64,000 nucleotides of DNA from Rhizophagus irregularis (lineage: Eukaryota). Numbering within the stretch: the stretch's first letter is position 1; the number at the start of each line of letters is the position of its first letter. Location of the stretch: positions 3,162,001 to 3,226,000 of the forward strand of contig NC_089429.1 of NCBI RefSeq assembly GCF_026210795.1. The letters are read 5' to 3'. A program made the translations under genes and the position numbers. The notes beneath the pieces are model-generated. The model saw only the letters and a program-made list of their open reading frames with translations. It ran no database searches and had not been told where the DNA came from. Below, piece by piece: positions 62,926 to 64,000 of this stretch.

Positions 62926-64000
62926 TAAAGCTCTGAACGGGTCGGTTTGGTCCGGATTATAGACGGTTTGGATTAGAGTCGAAATCTGTAATAACCGAAC
63001 CGAAAAACTGGCGGTTCGGTTCAGTTTAATCCGATTTTTATAAAAATGCGAAAAATCGAATAGCCAGCAATCTAGCGATCGTATAAAGTCGAGCTATATA
63101 TCATTGGATTCGTCTTGACGAGACGCATCGAATGGTGGTAAGAACATGTCTCTAGCATCGATAGATCACATGTTAACCTACGCTAAATGATTTATCAATA
63201 ATTGGAATTAGCAAGCTATCTATCGGTGCTAGAGACATGATCTTAGCACCATTCGACTCGTTTTAGTGAGACAAATCCAATGAATATAAATTCGTTCGTG
63301 TACGACCACTAGATGGCGAATAATATCAAGTTTCGCATTTTTTTAAAATTTTCGAGCGTTAAAAATTAAAAATTCCGATACATGAATTTATTCCTCGTCC
63401 AATAGTCCTACAAATATGAATTAGGACTCATTGGATTCGTCTCAATGAGACGAGTCGAATGGTGGTGAGATCATGTCTCTAACATTAATAGATCGTAGGT
63501 TAATTCATGCTAAATAATTTATAAAAAATTAGCATTAGCAAGCTATCTATCGATGCTAGAGACGTGATCTTACCACCATTCGACTCGTCTCATCGAGACG
63601 AATCCAATGAGTCCTAATTTATATTTGTAGGACCATTGGACGACGAATAAATTCATGTATCGGAATTTTTAATTTTTAACGCTCGAAAATTTTAAAAAAA
63701 TGCAAAACTTGATATTATTCGCCATCTAGTGGTCGTACACGAACGAATTTATATTCATTGGATTCGTCTCACTGAGACGCGCCGAATGGTGCTAAGATCA
63801 TGTCTCTAGCACTGATAGATAGCTTTCTAATTCCAATTATTTATAAATCATTTAGCATGGATTAACGTGTGATCTATCGATGCTAGAGACATGATCTTAC
63901 CACCATTCGACGCGTCTCATCGAGACGAATCCAATAATATATGGCTCGACTTTGTACGATCACTAGATGGCCGGCTATTCGATTTTTCGCATTTTTATAA
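62926..64000. mobile_element. hAT-type MITE/foldback element with dyad modules (runs off window end)
   Basis: Starts TAAAGCTCTGAAC with AACCG/CGGTT subterminal repeats; long inverted arms around ~63520 built of CATTCGACTCGTCTC..GAGACGAATCCAATG modules. Confidence 0.75.

Overview
This is a very AT-rich, intron-rich eukaryotic window. Style and gene content suggest an arbuscular mycorrhizal fungus (Glomeromycotina, Rhizophagus-like); that assignment is inferred. Four host genes are recognisable: the 5' part of a PRP4-like splicing kinase, GPI17/PIG-S, DOA1/PLAA and RAT1/XRN2. They sit among densely nested, mostly decayed transposons: a CACTA/EnSpm-type element, a Ty3/Gypsy LTR element, a two-gene hAT element, two MULE/FAR1 elements, a pogo/Tigger element, a Helitron fragment and many MITEs with readable TIRs and TSDs. 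Three observations stand out. (1) Three apparently independent non-LTR retro-insertions (a ~1 kb tRNA-headed SINE-like element, a 5'-truncated copy of it, and a LINE-like 3' end) landed at the same site inside a pogo-type MITE, next to a conserved dyad motif; this suggests a target-specific LINE/SINE system that parasitises a palindromic module. (2) The Gypsy pol carries a thymidylate/deoxynucleoside kinase-like P-loop domain between RNase H and integrase. (3) The same ~115 bp hairpin module recurs inside MITEs of different superfamilies. All coordinates were read by eye and may be off by a few bases.
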